From positions 1 through 42,589 of the IMG/VR virus record IMGVR_UViG_3300017766_002609: 42,589 bases of DNA; one strand, given 5' to 3'. Below, one piece after another: positions 41,435-42,589 of this stretch. This DNA comes from a virus (Duplodnaviria > Caudoviricetes). The translations under genes and the position numbers were made by a program. The stretch's first letter is position 1. Each line of letters begins with the position of its first letter. The notes under the pieces were generated by a model. It saw only the letters and a list, made by a program, of their open reading frames with translations. It was not told the origin of the DNA and searched no databases.

Positions 41435-42589
41435 CTAGGGATTCATCATCCAGTCGTCGGCGTTCGGCGTCCGGCGGGACACCCCGATGGCGTGGTCGAT
41501 GTGCCGCTGCAGCTCGGCCTTCAGCGCCTCCTCCTTGACCTCCGCGACCCGGGCCTTCTGGTCGAGGCTCATGTGGTCGACCCAGTAGCCGACCGCGCCG
41601 GCCAGTGCATCGAGCCGGTCGTCATGCTTCAGGGCGCCACGCTCCTTGGTCACGCGGGTGAGCTGGTAGAACAGGCTGTACTGGCGCTGCTCGTCGGCCG
41701 GGATGTGCGGGTAGGAGCCCCGCTCGTCCTCCCGGATGACCCGCTTGTCGATGACGAGGCGGTGCTGCATCATGACGGGTTCCAGCGTGTCGATGATGCG
41801 GCGCTCCTTCTGCCCAGCGGCCCGCTCGGCGTCCTCACAGGTGACCGGGTAGACATCCCGGAGCTTCGTGCGGAGCAGGTTGGTGAACATACCGTCACCG
41901 AAGTTCGGCTCGCAGAGCACCTTGTTCACCTTGTGGCGCTGGCAGTCCCGGGCGATGCGGGTGAGGGTGGCCTCGTCGTAGCCCGACAGGCTGCCGCCGA
42001 CGCAGACCACGTACAGCCAGCCATGGAGGCACTTGACGATGACCCATGCGGTCTCGTCCTTGCCGCGGCCGGAGGGGTCGACGTAGCAGATCGAGCCCTC
42101 GAAGTCCGCGAACTCGCGGTCGACGAACATCGGGGTGTTCCACCGGTCCCCGTTGAGCCCCACCTGCTGCAGGTCGTTGACCCGGGTCTCCGCGGTCTCG
42201 CCCCACGCGAGGCTCATGGGGGCCTTCTGGGTGTCCACGTCGAGCACCAGCAGGTCCCGCAGCTTCAGCGGGTACAGGTCGGCGTCCGACAGGGACGTGT
42301 CGAGCATGAACTGCAGGGCGAAGCCTGCGCGCCCGTAGCTCGACCGGCGCTCCTCGATGTCCGTCAGGGGGAACCGCTGGGGCTCCACGGAGTCCCCGGG
42401 CTGGACCCTGCCCGACACCAGCGGGTCGGTGATGAACGACGCCAGACGCTCTCCGTAGACGCCCTGACGCTGCTGCTCGGTCGGGTACAGGATCGGCCAG
42501 ATGCGGATGTCGTAGCCGCGGGTGCCGAGGGTGAGGTACAGGGACTGCTCGGTCTGCGGGGTGCCGAGGTAGATGATGCGGCCACCCGG
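41435..42589 (-). CDS. terL: Terminase large subunit, C-terminal nuclease part (continuation of 1-666)
   Basis: FALQFMLDTSLSDA..YPLKL; VDPSGRGKDET; EPNFGDGMF; QKERRIIDTLEPV; HDDRLDALA; in frame across the circular join. Confidence 0.96.
   Translation of the reverse strand, partial: PGGRIIYLGTPQTEQSLYLTLGTRGYDIRIWPILYPTEQQRQGVYGERLASFITDPLVSGRVQPGDSVEPQRFPLTDIEERRSSYGRAGFALQFMLDTSLSDADLYPLKLRDLLVLDVDTQKAPMSLAWGETAETRVNDLQQVGLNGDRWNTPMFVDREFADFEGSICYVDPSGRGKDETAWVIVKCLHGWLYVVCVGGSLSGYDEATLTRIARDCQRHKVNKVLCEPNFGDGMFTNLLRTKLRDVYPVTCEDAERAAGQKERRIIDTLEPVMMQHRLVIDKRVIREDERGSYPHIPADEQRQYSLFYQLTRVTKERGALKHDDRLDALAGAVGYWVDHMSLDQKARVAEVKEEALKAELQRHIDHAIGVSRRTPNADDWMMNP

Noticed and set aside
42467-42589. 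123-bp terminal repeat as the biological direct terminal repeat
   Set aside because: It lies in the middle of terL with the frame continuing across it, so it is an assembly overlap.
1-42589. Temperate lifestyle or prophage
   Set aside because: No integrase, att-like context or host genes; single-strand gene orientation and a Tyr762-type polymerase fit a lytic T7-like phage.

Overview
The window is an apparently complete, circularly permuted genome of a GC-rich T7-like podophage (Autographiviridae). Bases 1-123 repeat exactly at 42467-42589, giving about 42,466 unique bp, and the break falls inside the terminase large subunit gene. All credible genes are on the minus strand; the long plus-strand ORFs are antisense shadows. 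In transcription order (high to low coordinates) the genome has: a probable physical-end/repeat region (~40380-40860); three tandem sigma70 promoters; a ~500-nt highly structured non-coding leader; about 21 small early genes led by a SAM-lyase-like and a glycosylase-fold-like gene; a single-subunit RNA polymerase; a DNA metabolism block (SSB, endonuclease I, HTH protein, primase-helicase, nucleotidyltransferase, family A DNA polymerase, gp5.7-like, exonuclease, dNMP kinase); portal, scaffold, capsid, Ig-domain protein, tail tubes, ejection proteins and a multi-gene tail-fibre set; then terS, holin, lysozyme and terL. A 14-bp motif (minus strand CCCCTCGTTCACCC) recurs at T7-promoter-equivalent positions. 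I recognised no integrase, DNA ligase, spanin, tRNA or CRISPR array. The most interesting unexplained features are the structured early leader RNA, the first two early (putative anti-defence) genes, the atypical GC-rich promoter with twin origin-like modules, a possible RNA switch in the capsid leader, and several small ORFs missing from the ORF track. All functional calls come from motif recognition and synteny, not database searches.
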